Assembly: GCA_964400625.1 (NCBI GenBank)
Contig: CAYNUS010000001.1
Span: 116,606 to 180,605 of the forward strand
DNA from: an uncultured Gammaproteobacteria bacterium
Lineage (GTDB): Bacteria; Patescibacteriota; Patescibacteriia; SG8-24; DYFX01
Direction: 5' to 3'
Length of the DNA stretch: 64,000 nucleotides
Within the stretch, counting starts at the first letter, position 1, and every line of letters begins with the position of its first letter. Below the pieces are notes generated by a model, which did no database searches, was not told the origin of the DNA, and worked only from the letters and a program-made list of their open reading frames with translations. Made by a program: the position numbers and the translations under genes. Shown here one piece after another: positions 1 through 8,625 of this stretch.

Positions 1-1598
1 CATGGTCGCGAGAGGACGCACGCCGCTCCGGCTGATCCAGCCGCAGTGGTTGCCCGGCACGTACCGGAACTTCGGCAGGGTGCTCCGCACGAGCGCCGCG
101 ACCTCCTCGGGCCCCTTCGGGGCGGACGCCTTCTGCGCCGCGTCGAAGCGGACCTTGAAGACCTCGAACAGCACGGTGGAGATCATGTCGGCCGCGAGCT
201 CTTCCTGCTCGGTGTTGTCGGCGCCCGCGACGATCTCGCCCTTCATGAGCAGGTCGTGCGAGGTGCCTTCCACGTGATCGCCGGCGCTGACCAGCATCGT
301 CGCGCCCTGCTCGAGCATGACCTTCGGCACGTCCTCGAGGAAGTGCGTGTAGTCGGTGTCGAGCGAGCCGGCGTGCATGCAGCAGATGGCGACGAACACG
401 TCGGTCTTCCGCTCGCCTTCCGGCAGGCGGTAGCGCAGGAAGCGCTGGACCCACGTGAGCTCGAAGTCCCAGCGGTCGGCAAGCGCGTCGTAGACCAGGC
501 CGGGCCAGGTCTTGTAGCGCTTGTTGTCCTTGGTCGCGAGCAGGTCGCGCAGCGTCTTGTGGACCGTGTCCTTCGACAGGCCCGTACGCTCCGCGATGCG
601 GCCCGTCGAGCAGCGGCCGTGCTTCTTCAGCACGTCGATGCACTTGAGCCGCGCCGGCGACAGGTCGCTCGGCGCGCCGATGAAGCCGCGCTCGCGGCTG
701 ATCAGGTCCTTGAAGGAGTGGCTGCGCAGCGTCGCGTTGCGGCGATCGCACTCCACCTCCAGCACCTGGACGCCGACCTGGCTCTCGGCCACGCCCGTCT
801 CCTCGAGACGATGCAGGGCCGGGACCGCCACGAAGCCGATGGGCCAGTTGCCCTCGGGCTTCAGGATCGAGACGCCGACGCCGCCGACGACCTGCAGGTC
901 GACCTGCTCGCTCGACGAGGTCTGGCGGCGCTTGTCCTTGATGCGCCGCTGGACCGGAGTCGAGTGGTAATCGCCGCGGAGCCACGTCTGCTTGTCGAGG
1001 GTCAGGACCTCGAGGTTGCGCATCTTGGGCGTGTCCTCCCAGAGCGGGAGGCGGTCGCCGCCGGACTTCAGCAGGCGGAGCTCTTCGCGGTCTTCGAGAT
1101 CGGCGAGCAGGGTCGCCGTCTTCTCGCCGACCGCCTTGTCGTAGGCGGGGCTCGGGATGATGTACAGCTTGACCGGCTTGCCGCGCGCGTCGGTGAAACG
1201 CGGGAGGCTCTTGGCCAGCGTGGCCGCCATCTTCTCGGGCGTCAGCTCTTCGAGGGCATCCTCGACCTTGGACCGCTCGCGGGCGAGCTTGGAGATCGCG
1301 GTCTGGAGGAGCTTCGCCTTCTTGGCGTCCTCCTCGTACTGCAGCTCCTTGTCCTTGGCCTTGATCTGCCGCTGAAGCTCCTTGAGGCGCTTCTTCAGCG
1401 CCGAGGTCTTCTCGGCCACGACCCGTCCGGAGACGAGGCCGCCGGCCAGGACCACGAACGCGACGTCCTCGGTCTTGAAGGTTTCGGCGGCGAGCTCGAG
1501 GAGCCCCTGCCGAAACCCGTCAGAACCGAAGTCGATGCGCGACATGAGACCGATACGGACGGTCTTGTCGTTGAGACGCGGGTTCTCGTTCGGCATGA
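1..1598 (-). CDS. Partial multidomain protein: winged-helix HTH plus calcineurin-like phosphoesterase-type motifs (C-terminus lies beyond the window start)
   Basis: Manual reverse translation from ATG (rc) at 1596-1598 gives MPNENPRLNDKTVRIGLMSRIDFGSDG... Central HTH-like segment GRCSTGRIAERTGLSKDTVHKTLRDL. Downstream motifs VSAGDHVEG and VPGNHCGW resemble metallophosphoesterase GD / GNH(D/E) blocks. GAGGAG RBS 7 nt upstream. The six-frame track lists only the antisense frame 46..1743. Confidence 0.6.
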
Positions 1599-1741
1599 CA
1601 TACTCCTCTGTTGTCCAAAGAACGGTTTAACGAAAAGAACCCTTCACGATGAAGAGCTCCTCTCGAGCACAAGAAAATCGCCTCCTCCGAATGCAGCCAT
1701 CGCGGTCACTTCAGCCATAGGCGCTTTCTTAATGCGCCTCT

Positions 1742-1769
1742 AGTATAGGCGCTCAGCTTCATGGCACAA
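1742..1769 (-). promoter_or_regulatory. Sigma70-like promoter (TTGTGC-16-TATACT) for the HTH/phosphoesterase gene; about 135-nt leader
   Basis: rc of 1764-1769 = TTGTGC and rc of 1742-1747 = TATACT. The leader carries repeated GGCGC/GCGCC half-sites at 1719-1749. Confidence 0.35.
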
Positions 1770-1793
1770 CCCTGACTTATCCACAGGATTTAA

Positions 1794-1820
1794 GGTCAAA
1801 AAAATGGGCTAGAGGCCCAT
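1794..1820 (-). terminator. Rho-independent terminator of the CYTH gene
   Basis: Hairpin ATGGGC-ctcta-GCCCAT (containing the stop codon) followed by T7 on the minus strand. Confidence 0.6.
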
Positions 1821-2357
1821 GAGTTTGAGAGTCTTCTTCTGTTCCGATTTCGGCCAGCGCGAGAACGGCTTCACCGCCAGGTTCTTGTTCTTGAAGCGGG
1901 GGTCGGCCGTGACCTCCGGTCCGATCCAATCCGGGAACGCGTCGGGGTCGAGCGAGTAGCCTTTCGTCGGCGTCTCGATCTCGGCGACGACGAGCCGGGC
2001 GTTGTCGCCGCGGAAGACGTCGACTTCCCATGCCAGGCCGTCGAACCCGGCGGCGATCTCGTAGCGCGTCTTCTCGACGATCGCGGCGACGCGCGTCGCG
2101 TAGGTCTCGAGCAGCAGGCGGCCGTGCGCGGCGTCGAGCGCCCCGCATTCGATCTCGAGGTCGTCCTCGCCCTTGATCTCGAGGACGTACGACGCGCGGC
2201 CGATCTCGCGCACGCGCACCTGGGCGGGAGCGAGCGCGAGGTAGCCTTGCCGGATCTCCTTCCGCAGCGCCGCGCGCTTCTCCCGCGAAGCGTCGAAGCG
2301 GCGCTCCAGGACGAGGAACTTCCGCTCGTATTCCTTGCCGGGCGTGAGCTTGGGCAT
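1809..2357 (-). CDS. CYTH-domain protein (triphosphate tunnel metalloenzyme; class IV adenylate cyclase / triphosphatase family)
   Basis: N-terminal EYERKFLV matches the CYTH ExExK signature; 182 aa. Confidence 0.75.
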   Translation of the reverse strand: MPKLTPGKEYERKFLVLERRFDASREKRAALRKEIRQGYLALAPAQVRVREIGRASYVLEIKGEDDLEIECGALDAAHGRLLLETYATRVAAIVEKTRYEIAAGFDGLAWEVDVFRGDNARLVVAEIETPTKGYSLDPDAFPDWIGPEVTADPRFKNKNLAVKPFSRWPKSEQKKTLKLMGL

Positions 2358-2447
2358 GCCGGGAAGATACCATATTGACGGCGCCCGTAAAGGGAGTACA
2401 TTGGCTCCTTGCCCTTTCCAACCCCGTCACGCGCCGAAGGAGGCGTC

Positions 2448-3533
2448 ATGCCGCAGAATCACAAGCCCATCCGCCCCTGCGCGGCCGACATCGAATCGTT
2501 CAAGCGCATCGTCGAGAAGCGCGACAAGGAGTGGTCGGTCAAGATCGCCCAGGTCGATCCCGACGGCATCGCCAACGGCTTCCAGATCGCCCTCGCGCTG
2601 GAAGCCGCCGGCGCCGAGCCGAAGATCTTCTACGACGGCGGCTTCGGCCATCCGCAGAACAAGATCCTGTACAACCGCTTCGAGCTCATGAAGCACATGA
2701 AGCCGGGCGCGGAGATGCCGGGGACGGGCAACGTGGCCCTCGCCGACTCGTCGCGCATCGACGACTCGCGCTTCGAGAAGCAGATCGAGAAGGGGCGGTT
2801 CGGCGTCATCGTCGACCACCACCTCGAGCACCCCGGCGTGAACGGCGACTGCTTCTCCTACATCCGCACCTGCGGCGCGGCCGCCACCCTCGGCTGGCTG
2901 CTCCTCCGCGAGATGAAGCTCGAGATCCCTCCGCACGTGGCGGAGCTCACCGCCGTCGGCATCTTCTCGGACACCGAGCGCCTGACCAGTCCCGCCACCA
3001 CGTGCGAGGACCGCCAGGCCTTCGTCGAGGCGATGGAGTCGGCGAGCCAGGAGCTGATCGACGAGTGCTTCAACTACGCGCTCCCGGAGCGCTACCTGGA
3101 GATCGAGCGCGACATGCTCGAGACCATCGACGTGGTGAACCACGTGCGCGTCGTGCACGCGCCGGAGCTCCTCCGCGAGGACGAGGGCGACTATCTCTCG
3201 ATCGTCGCCGACCGGCTCCGCCGCGTCGACGGCGCCCACACGATCGTCGTGTGGGGCGTCTGCGGCGACTGGGTCCGCGCCTCGGTGCGTTCGCGCAGCA
3301 AGGAGCTGGACCTGACCGCCTTCATCGAGTCGATCTTCGGCAAGAAGAACGGCGGCGCCAAGCACGGCTCCGGCGGCGCCCGCTACCGCCTGCCGCCGCA
3401 GATGGCCCCGACCGCGACCTCGGCACCCAAGCTCATCCAGTCGCTCCAGGAGATCACGAAGGAGCATCTCCAGGCCGCGCTCGGCGCGCCGGAGCGCAAG
3501 CGCCCGCCCAAGACCGACAAGACCGCCCCGTGA
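2448..3533 (+). CDS. DHH/DHHA1 phosphoesterase (NrnA-like nanoRNase / pAp phosphatase family)
   Basis: VIVDHHLEH (DHH motif) and C-terminal GGAKHGSGGA (GGGH-like DHHA1 motif). GAAGGAGG RBS ends 5 nt upstream of ATG 2448. The track ORF 2409 carries an unsupported 13-aa extension. Confidence 0.75.
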   Translation: MPQNHKPIRPCAADIESFKRIVEKRDKEWSVKIAQVDPDGIANGFQIALALEAAGAEPKIFYDGGFGHPQNKILYNRFELMKHMKPGAEMPGTGNVALADSSRIDDSRFEKQIEKGRFGVIVDHHLEHPGVNGDCFSYIRTCGAAATLGWLLLREMKLEIPPHVAELTAVGIFSDTERLTSPATTCEDRQAFVEAMESASQELIDECFNYALPERYLEIERDMLETIDVVNHVRVVHAPELLREDEGDYLSIVADRLRRVDGAHTIVVWGVCGDWVRASVRSRSKELDLTAFIESIFGKKNGGAKHGSGGARYRLPPQMAPTATSAPKLIQSLQEITKEHLQAALGAPERKRPPKTDKTAP

Positions 3534-3550
3534 GGCGGTCTTTTTTCGAC

Positions 3551-5617
3551 CTAGTATTCGCTGATGTCGCGGAGCAGGCCCGAGCGCTTCTTCGGCTCGC
3601 CGTGCTCGTCGTAGGTGATGGTCGGGAGGTCGTCGTAGGATTCCTCGATGCGGACGTCCTCGACGAGGCCGCCGGAGATCTCCTCGAGGAACTCGGACTT
3701 CGGTTCGAACGAGAAGGCGTCGTAGCCGACCGAGAGCGGATACGAGAGGCACAGGTCGCGGCGGGCGCGCGTGCAGGCCACGTAGAAGAGGCGGCGCTCC
3801 TCCTCGATGCCGCCCTCGTCGAGCAGGGCGCGCTTGTTCGGGAAGGCGCCTTGCGTCATGTGGATGACGAAGACGGCGTCCCATTCGAGGCCTTTGGCCT
3901 GGTGGATGGTGGAGAGCACGACCTTCCCTTCGGAATCGTCTTCCGCGGTCAGGATGCGCGCGTTCTTGCCGGCGGAGGCGATGTCGTCGCGGAGCGCGGC
4001 GTCGGCGAGGAAGGCGGCGGCGTCGGGATACGATTCGGCGAAACCGGCGAGCTGTTCGAGGTCTTCCAGGCGGTCGCGGTAGTCCGGATACTCGTTCTCC
4101 AGATACGCCTTGTAGTCCGAATCGGCGACGGCACGGAGCATGGACGACGGCGAAGGCCGCGCGTCGAGCAGCGCGTCGTAGACTTCGAGGAAGCGCTTCC
4201 AGCCGCCGGAGATGCGGGCGGGCAATCCTGCCACGAGTTCCGGGCCGATGTCGTCCTCATGCGAGGCCGCGCGGACGCGCTCGAAGAGCTTCATGGCGGC
4301 GACCGGGCCGATGCCGACCTGGAGCGAGAGCACGCGCATCCAGGCGACCTCGTCGTCCTTGTTGACCATGATCTTGAGGAACGAGATGGCGTCCTTGATG
4401 TGGGCGCGGTCGAAGAACTTCGCGCCGCCGCGGTAGTCGTACGGGATGCCGCGCTTCATCAGCTCGAACTCCAGCGCCTGCGAATGGAAGGTGGCGCGGA
4501 AGAGCGCGGCCATGCCGCTGAACGGCACGCCCTCGTCGCGCAGTTCGAGCATGCGCTGGGCGATGAATTCGGCCTCCTGCGCGCCGGAGGCGGCGTTCAC
4601 GAGCGACGGCTTGGCGAACGGCGGGCGCATGCTCTTCAGCTCCTTGGGGAACTGGTTGGCGTTGCGGCCGATGATGTCGTTTGCGAGGTCCAGGATCTCC
4701 GGCGTCGAGCGGTAGTTGGTCTCGAGGCGGAAGGTCTTGGCGCCGGGGAAGATGCGGGGGAAGTCGAGGATATTGCGGATGTCGGCGCCGCGGAAGGAGT
4801 AGATCGACTGCGCGTCGTCCCCCACCACGAGCACGTTGCCGTGGACGGAGGCGAGCAGGCGCACGATCTCGGCCTGCAGGCGGTTGGTGTCCTGATACTC
4901 GTCGACGAGGATGTAGCGGAACTGCTTCGCGTACCGTTCGCGCGATTCCTCGTCCTCGCGGAGCAGGCGCGCGGCGAGCGCGAGGAGGTCGTCGAAATCG
5001 ACGGCGTTCGAGGCGCGCTTCTTGCGGAGATAGGCGGAGGTGACTTCCTCGATGGACGGCAGGATGTCGCGGAAGCTCGGGTGCTTGGCCTCGACGACGT
5101 CGGCGACGGGCATCCCGGCGTTCACGGCGTACGACGCGAGCGACAGGAGCACGGCCGGGCTCGGGAAGCGCTTGGCCTTGGTGTCGACGCCCGCCTCGCG
5201 CACGCAGGATTTCATCAGGTCGCGCGCGTCCTCGGCGTCGAGGATCGTGAAGCCTTCGCGCAGGCCGACGCGGACGCCGCGCTCGCGCAGGATGCGGTGG
5301 CAGACATGGTGGAAGGTGCCGCCCCACATGCGGCCCGGCTCGGCGCCGATGAGCGAGGAGACGCGTTCGAGCATCTCCTTGGCGGCCTTGTTGGTGAACG
5401 TCAAAAGCAGGATCTCGCCGGGCGCGACGCCTTTCCCGATGAGATACGCCACGCGGTAGACGATGGTGCGCGTCTTGCCGGAGCCCGCACCGGCGAGCAC
5501 CAGGCACGGTCCGTCGCCGTTCTTCACGACGTCGAGCTGTTCGCCGTTGAGTTCCGCGTCGTAGTCGATGGAGAACTCGGGGATGCCTCCGTGCTTCTTG
5601 AGGACGTACGTTTTCAT
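3551..5617 (-). CDS. UvrD/PcrA/Rep-family ATP-dependent DNA helicase
   Basis: MKTYVLKK...LVLAGAGSGKTRTIVYRVAYLI (Walker A), ILLLTFTNKAAKEM, VDEYQDTN and C-terminal VACTRAR motifs. Start trimmed from the track ORF 5788 to the ATG at 5617. Confidence 0.9.
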   Translation of the reverse strand: MKTYVLKKHGGIPEFSIDYDAELNGEQLDVVKNGDGPCLVLAGAGSGKTRTIVYRVAYLIGKGVAPGEILLLTFTNKAAKEMLERVSSLIGAEPGRMWGGTFHHVCHRILRERGVRVGLREGFTILDAEDARDLMKSCVREAGVDTKAKRFPSPAVLLSLASYAVNAGMPVADVVEAKHPSFRDILPSIEEVTSAYLRKKRASNAVDFDDLLALAARLLREDEESRERYAKQFRYILVDEYQDTNRLQAEIVRLLASVHGNVLVVGDDAQSIYSFRGADIRNILDFPRIFPGAKTFRLETNYRSTPEILDLANDIIGRNANQFPKELKSMRPPFAKPSLVNAASGAQEAEFIAQRMLELRDEGVPFSGMAALFRATFHSQALEFELMKRGIPYDYRGGAKFFDRAHIKDAISFLKIMVNKDDEVAWMRVLSLQVGIGPVAAMKLFERVRAASHEDDIGPELVAGLPARISGGWKRFLEVYDALLDARPSPSSMLRAVADSDYKAYLENEYPDYRDRLEDLEQLAGFAESYPDAAAFLADAALRDDIASAGKNARILTAEDDSEGKVVLSTIHQAKGLEWDAVFVIHMTQGAFPNKRALLDEGGIEEERRLFYVACTRARRDLCLSYPLSVGYDAFSFEPKSEFLEEISGGLVEDVRIEESYDDLPTITYDEHGEPKKRSGLLRDISEY

Positions 5618-5667
5618 GCCGGGAGCGTACCGGAAAAACGGCGAACAGGGCAAATGAAAAACCGCTC

Positions 5668-5934
5668 TCAGGAGCGGTTCGCGAGGATCTCGCGGATGCG
5701 GTCGAGGACGAAGCGACGGACGTTCTCGCCGGGAACTCCCGAGCCGTCCGCCCAGCGGTCGACGGTCGAGGGCGGGACCTTCCCGCAACGGACGCCGATC
5801 TCGCGGCGGAGCGCGTCGCGTTCGGGGCCTTCCGGCGCGAGGGCCAGGGCGTCGGCCACGATCTTGGCGAAGCCTTCCTCCGTGCCGTAGGCGTCGATGC
5901 GTTTCAGGATCTCTTCGATGGCGCGTTCCTGCAT
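5668..5934 (-). CDS. Hypothetical protein (88 aa)
   Basis: Protein-like composition (E/K/I-rich), co-directional and close to the downstream helicase gene; no recognised family. Confidence 0.5.
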   Translation of the reverse strand: MQERAIEEILKRIDAYGTEEGFAKIVADALALAPEGPERDALRREIGVRCGKVPPSTVDRWADGSGVPGENVRRFVLDRIREILANRS

Positions 5935-5942
5935 CGTTCCTC

Positions 5943-6734
5943 CTAGATGAGCTTCAGCGCGGCGCGCACGGCGAGCTTCTTCATCCGGCCGATGCCGAAG
6001 ACCGAAGCGTAGCGGTCAAGCTGGGGTTCGAGGTAGGTCCAGGCGTCGTGCGTGATGCCCGGAGCTTCGCGGAGCGCGGCGAGGGCGGTCTTCGCCAGGT
6101 CCTTGCGGGACCGGACGCGGCCTTCGAGCGCCGCGAACGCTTCCGCGACGAACGGCGTGCCCCAGGCGGCGCTCGCCGGGAGCTCGAAGGCGGCGATGGC
6201 GCCGAGCGCGTCGGCGTCGTCCTTCGACACGGCGAGGCGTCCCGCTTCCGCCAGGGCGAAGCGGCGTTCGCGGCCGAAGCCGGCGCCCATCGACTGGAGC
6301 GGCCAGTGGAACTGCGCGAACTGCGTCTCGCCGATCTTGCCGGCCTTCCCGAACGCGAGCTCGAGCGCGAGCGCCGAGAGCCCGAGACGGATCCAGGGAC
6401 CCGGCCGCGAAGGCTCGAGACGTCCGAAGTCCAGGTGCCCGGGCGCGTCGAGGAACGGGTCCGGCTCCTTGAGCTGATATGCGAGGACGCGGATGCAGCT
6501 TTCGGCATGCTCGGTCGCGAGGACCGTCACGTTCCGGCGCGGTTCGGCGCCGGAGAGCGATCGGCCGAGCGCGGCCTGGAGCCAGGTGTGGGCGCAGGCG
6601 GCCTTGCGGAGCATGGCGAAGAACGGCTGGTCGGCCTTGTCCACGTAGAGTCCGTGGAAGCCGGCCGAACGCAGCGGATGGTACGGGTCTTCGAGCGCTT
6701 CCGCGTTGGCGTGCAGGTACTCCGAGACGTTCAT
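5943..6734 (-). CDS. Hypothetical protein (263 aa)
   Basis: Coding-like ORF with GGAGG RBS 4 nt upstream; own TTGACG-17-TAGACA promoter in 6735-6800; no recognised family. Confidence 0.55.
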   Translation of the reverse strand: MNVSEYLHANAEALEDPYHPLRSAGFHGLYVDKADQPFFAMLRKAACAHTWLQAALGRSLSGAEPRRNVTVLATEHAESCIRVLAYQLKEPDPFLDAPGHLDFGRLEPSRPGPWIRLGLSALALELAFGKAGKIGETQFAQFHWPLQSMGAGFGRERRFALAEAGRLAVSKDDADALGAIAAFELPASAAWGTPFVAEAFAALEGRVRSRKDLAKTALAALREAPGITHDAWTYLEPQLDRYASVFGIGRMKKLAVRAALKLI

Positions 6735-6797
6735 GGGACCTCCAAAGGACTGACGCCTGTCTACCCGAAAAACGGCCTCGCGTCAAGCCGACGGGAA

Positions 6798-6828
6798 CGA
6801 AAAAGACAGGGGTTCGAGTCCCCTGTCA
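6798..6828 (-). terminator. Rho-independent terminator ending the 7384..6826 transcription unit
   Basis: Hairpin GACAGGGG-actcgaa-CCCCTGTC followed by TTTTTCGTT on the minus strand. Confidence 0.65.
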
Positions 6829-7092
6829 CGCCGCGGGATCCGCGATGAGCAGCTCGTGGATCTTGGCGACGATGGCCTGGCGGTTGAAGTGGTCCGGCGT
6901 CTCGGAGCCCGCGCCCCACGCGCGGACTTCCTTGAAGTCGGCGGAGAACGCGCGCATGAGATCGCGGAGGATCTTCTTGTCGATGTCGATGACGTTCCGG
7001 ACGATGTCCTGGAAGCCGCGCTCGGACTGGTCCCAGGACAGGACGTCCTGAAGGAGCTTCGCCTTCAGCTGCCGCATGACGGCGTCGTCCAT
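6826..7092 (-). CDS. Hypothetical small protein (88 aa)
   Basis: Coding-like composition; 1-bp gap to the upstream 96-aa gene. Confidence 0.55.
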   Translation of the reverse strand: MDDAVMRQLKAKLLQDVLSWDQSERGFQDIVRNVIDIDKKILRDLMRAFSADFKEVRAWGAGSETPDHFNRQAIVAKIHELLIADPAA

Positions 7093-7093
7093 C

Positions 7094-7384
7094 TCACGCC
7101 TCCTTCACGCCGAGCTCGGCGGCGAGGCCGCGGAGCTTCTTCACGGCCTCCCGGCGGAAACGCGGGGTCGGCGCGATGAGGCCGTTGGCCACGTGGTGGA
7201 CGAAGGCGGCGTCGCAGTTGAAGTACGAGGCGATCTTGCGGTCGATATCGCCGCCGACGGTGCGGAAGGCCAGGACGGCGGCCACGAGCTCGGCGAACGC
7301 GTCGGGATCCGATTCAGGCTCGCCGCGGAGCGCGATGCGCAGGCGCAGTTCGTGGCGGTCAGGTTTCGTATCGTGCTCGGCCAT
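7094..7384 (-). CDS. Hypothetical small protein (96 aa)
   Basis: Coding-like composition; follows the CNNM gene in the same orientation. Confidence 0.55.
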   Translation of the reverse strand: MAEHDTKPDRHELRLRIALRGEPESDPDAFAELVAAVLAFRTVGGDIDRKIASYFNCDAAFVHHVANGLIAPTPRFRREAVKKLRGLAAELGVKEA

Positions 7385-7394
7385 CAGGCCCTCC

Positions 7395-8615
7395 TTATCC
7401 GCGCTTGCGGACGATGATGTGTTTCGGCCGGGTGCGGGACATCGACGAGATTACGTACGTCAGGCCGTCTTCGTCAAGGGACTCCCCGACTTTCGGCCGG
7501 CGTCCGAAGCGCTCGAGGACGTATTCGCCGATCTGGCCCTCGAACGGGATGGCGACGTTGAAGAAATGGTTGATCTTCGCGGCGGGCGTGCCTTCGTCGA
7601 CCAGGATCTCGTTCTTCGAGATGCGCTTGATGGTCTCGGGCCGCACGTCCTTCTCGTCGGTGATCTCGCCGACGAGCTCCTCGAGCACGTCCTCGAGCGT
7701 GACGACGCCGACCATGCGGCCGTCGGCGTCCTCGACGATGGCGAGGTGCTGTTCCTTCTGCTGGAAGAGCGGGAGCAGGTCGTCGGCGGCGAAATCGCTC
7801 CGGACGCGCAAGGCTTCCTGCAGGAAGTCGGTCGGCGTCGCCTGGAACTCGTCGCGCGCGGCGGCGGCGATGAGGTCGCGGGTGAGCGCGATGCCGAGGA
7901 TCTGCTCGGGGGCGTCGCCCGTGACAGGCACGCGCGAATGCCGGAGGTCGAGCACGCGGCGGCGCTGCTCGCCGATCGCGACGTCGCCCGGGATGGTCTC
8001 CACGCGGTCGGCCGGCGTCATCATGTCGTCGGCGGTGATGTCGTTCAGGCGGAACACGCGGCGAATCATGGCCGACTCGTCATGCTCGATGGATCCGGCC
8101 TCGCGGCCGAGGAGCGCCATCATCTTGATCTCGTCCTCGGAGACCTTCGTCTTCATCGCGTGCGGCACGTGGAACGGCTTGACCATCGTGTTGATGACCC
8201 AGAGCACGGGACGGAAGACGCCGATCAGCACGAGGACGACGGGCGCGAGCAGCGGGGCGACGCGGTCGGCGTGGTGCTCGCCGAGGGTCTTGGGGACCAG
8301 TTCGGAGAAGATGATGATGGCCAGCGTGAAGGCGGCGAAGAAGACGCCCATGACGGCGGAGGAGAAGACGTCGGCGGCGAGCGCGCCGACCAGGGCGGAA
8401 CCGACGATGTTCGCGATGTTGTTGATGATGACGATCGTGCCGATGGCGCGCGTCATGTCCTCCTTGATCTTCACGAGCGCCTTGGCGCCCGGCTTCCCGG
8501 CCTGCAGCATCGTCCGCGCCCGCGAATACGGGACGCTGAAAAGAGCCGCTTCGGTGCCGGAAGCGACGGCGGACAGCGACATGACGAGGAGCGCGACGAG
8601 GATGAGGACGGTCAT
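7395..8615 (-). CDS. CNNM/CorC-HlyC family transporter (DUF21 + CBS pair + CorC_HlyC)
   Basis: N-terminal transmembrane DUF21 region, central CBS pair, C-terminal ...DEDGLTYVISSM transporter-associated domain. Confidence 0.85.
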   Translation of the reverse strand: MTVLILVALLVMSLSAVASGTEAALFSVPYSRARTMLQAGKPGAKALVKIKEDMTRAIGTIVIINNIANIVGSALVGALAADVFSSAVMGVFFAAFTLAIIIFSELVPKTLGEHHADRVAPLLAPVVLVLIGVFRPVLWVINTMVKPFHVPHAMKTKVSEDEIKMMALLGREAGSIEHDESAMIRRVFRLNDITADDMMTPADRVETIPGDVAIGEQRRRVLDLRHSRVPVTGDAPEQILGIALTRDLIAAAARDEFQATPTDFLQEALRVRSDFAADDLLPLFQQKEQHLAIVEDADGRMVGVVTLEDVLEELVGEITDEKDVRPETIKRISKNEILVDEGTPAAKINHFFNVAIPFEGQIGEYVLERFGRRPKVGESLDEDGLTYVISSMSRTRPKHIIVRKRG

Positions 8616-8625
8616 GGGCGGTATC

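Noticed and set aside
6805-6827. GGGGTTCGAGTCCCC, a tRNA T-arm look-alike
   Set aside because: No complementary 5-prime acceptor strand (GCGTGAC) in the preceding 75 nt, and no D or anticodon arms. On the minus strand it is followed by a T-run directly after a stop codon, so it is an intrinsic terminator.
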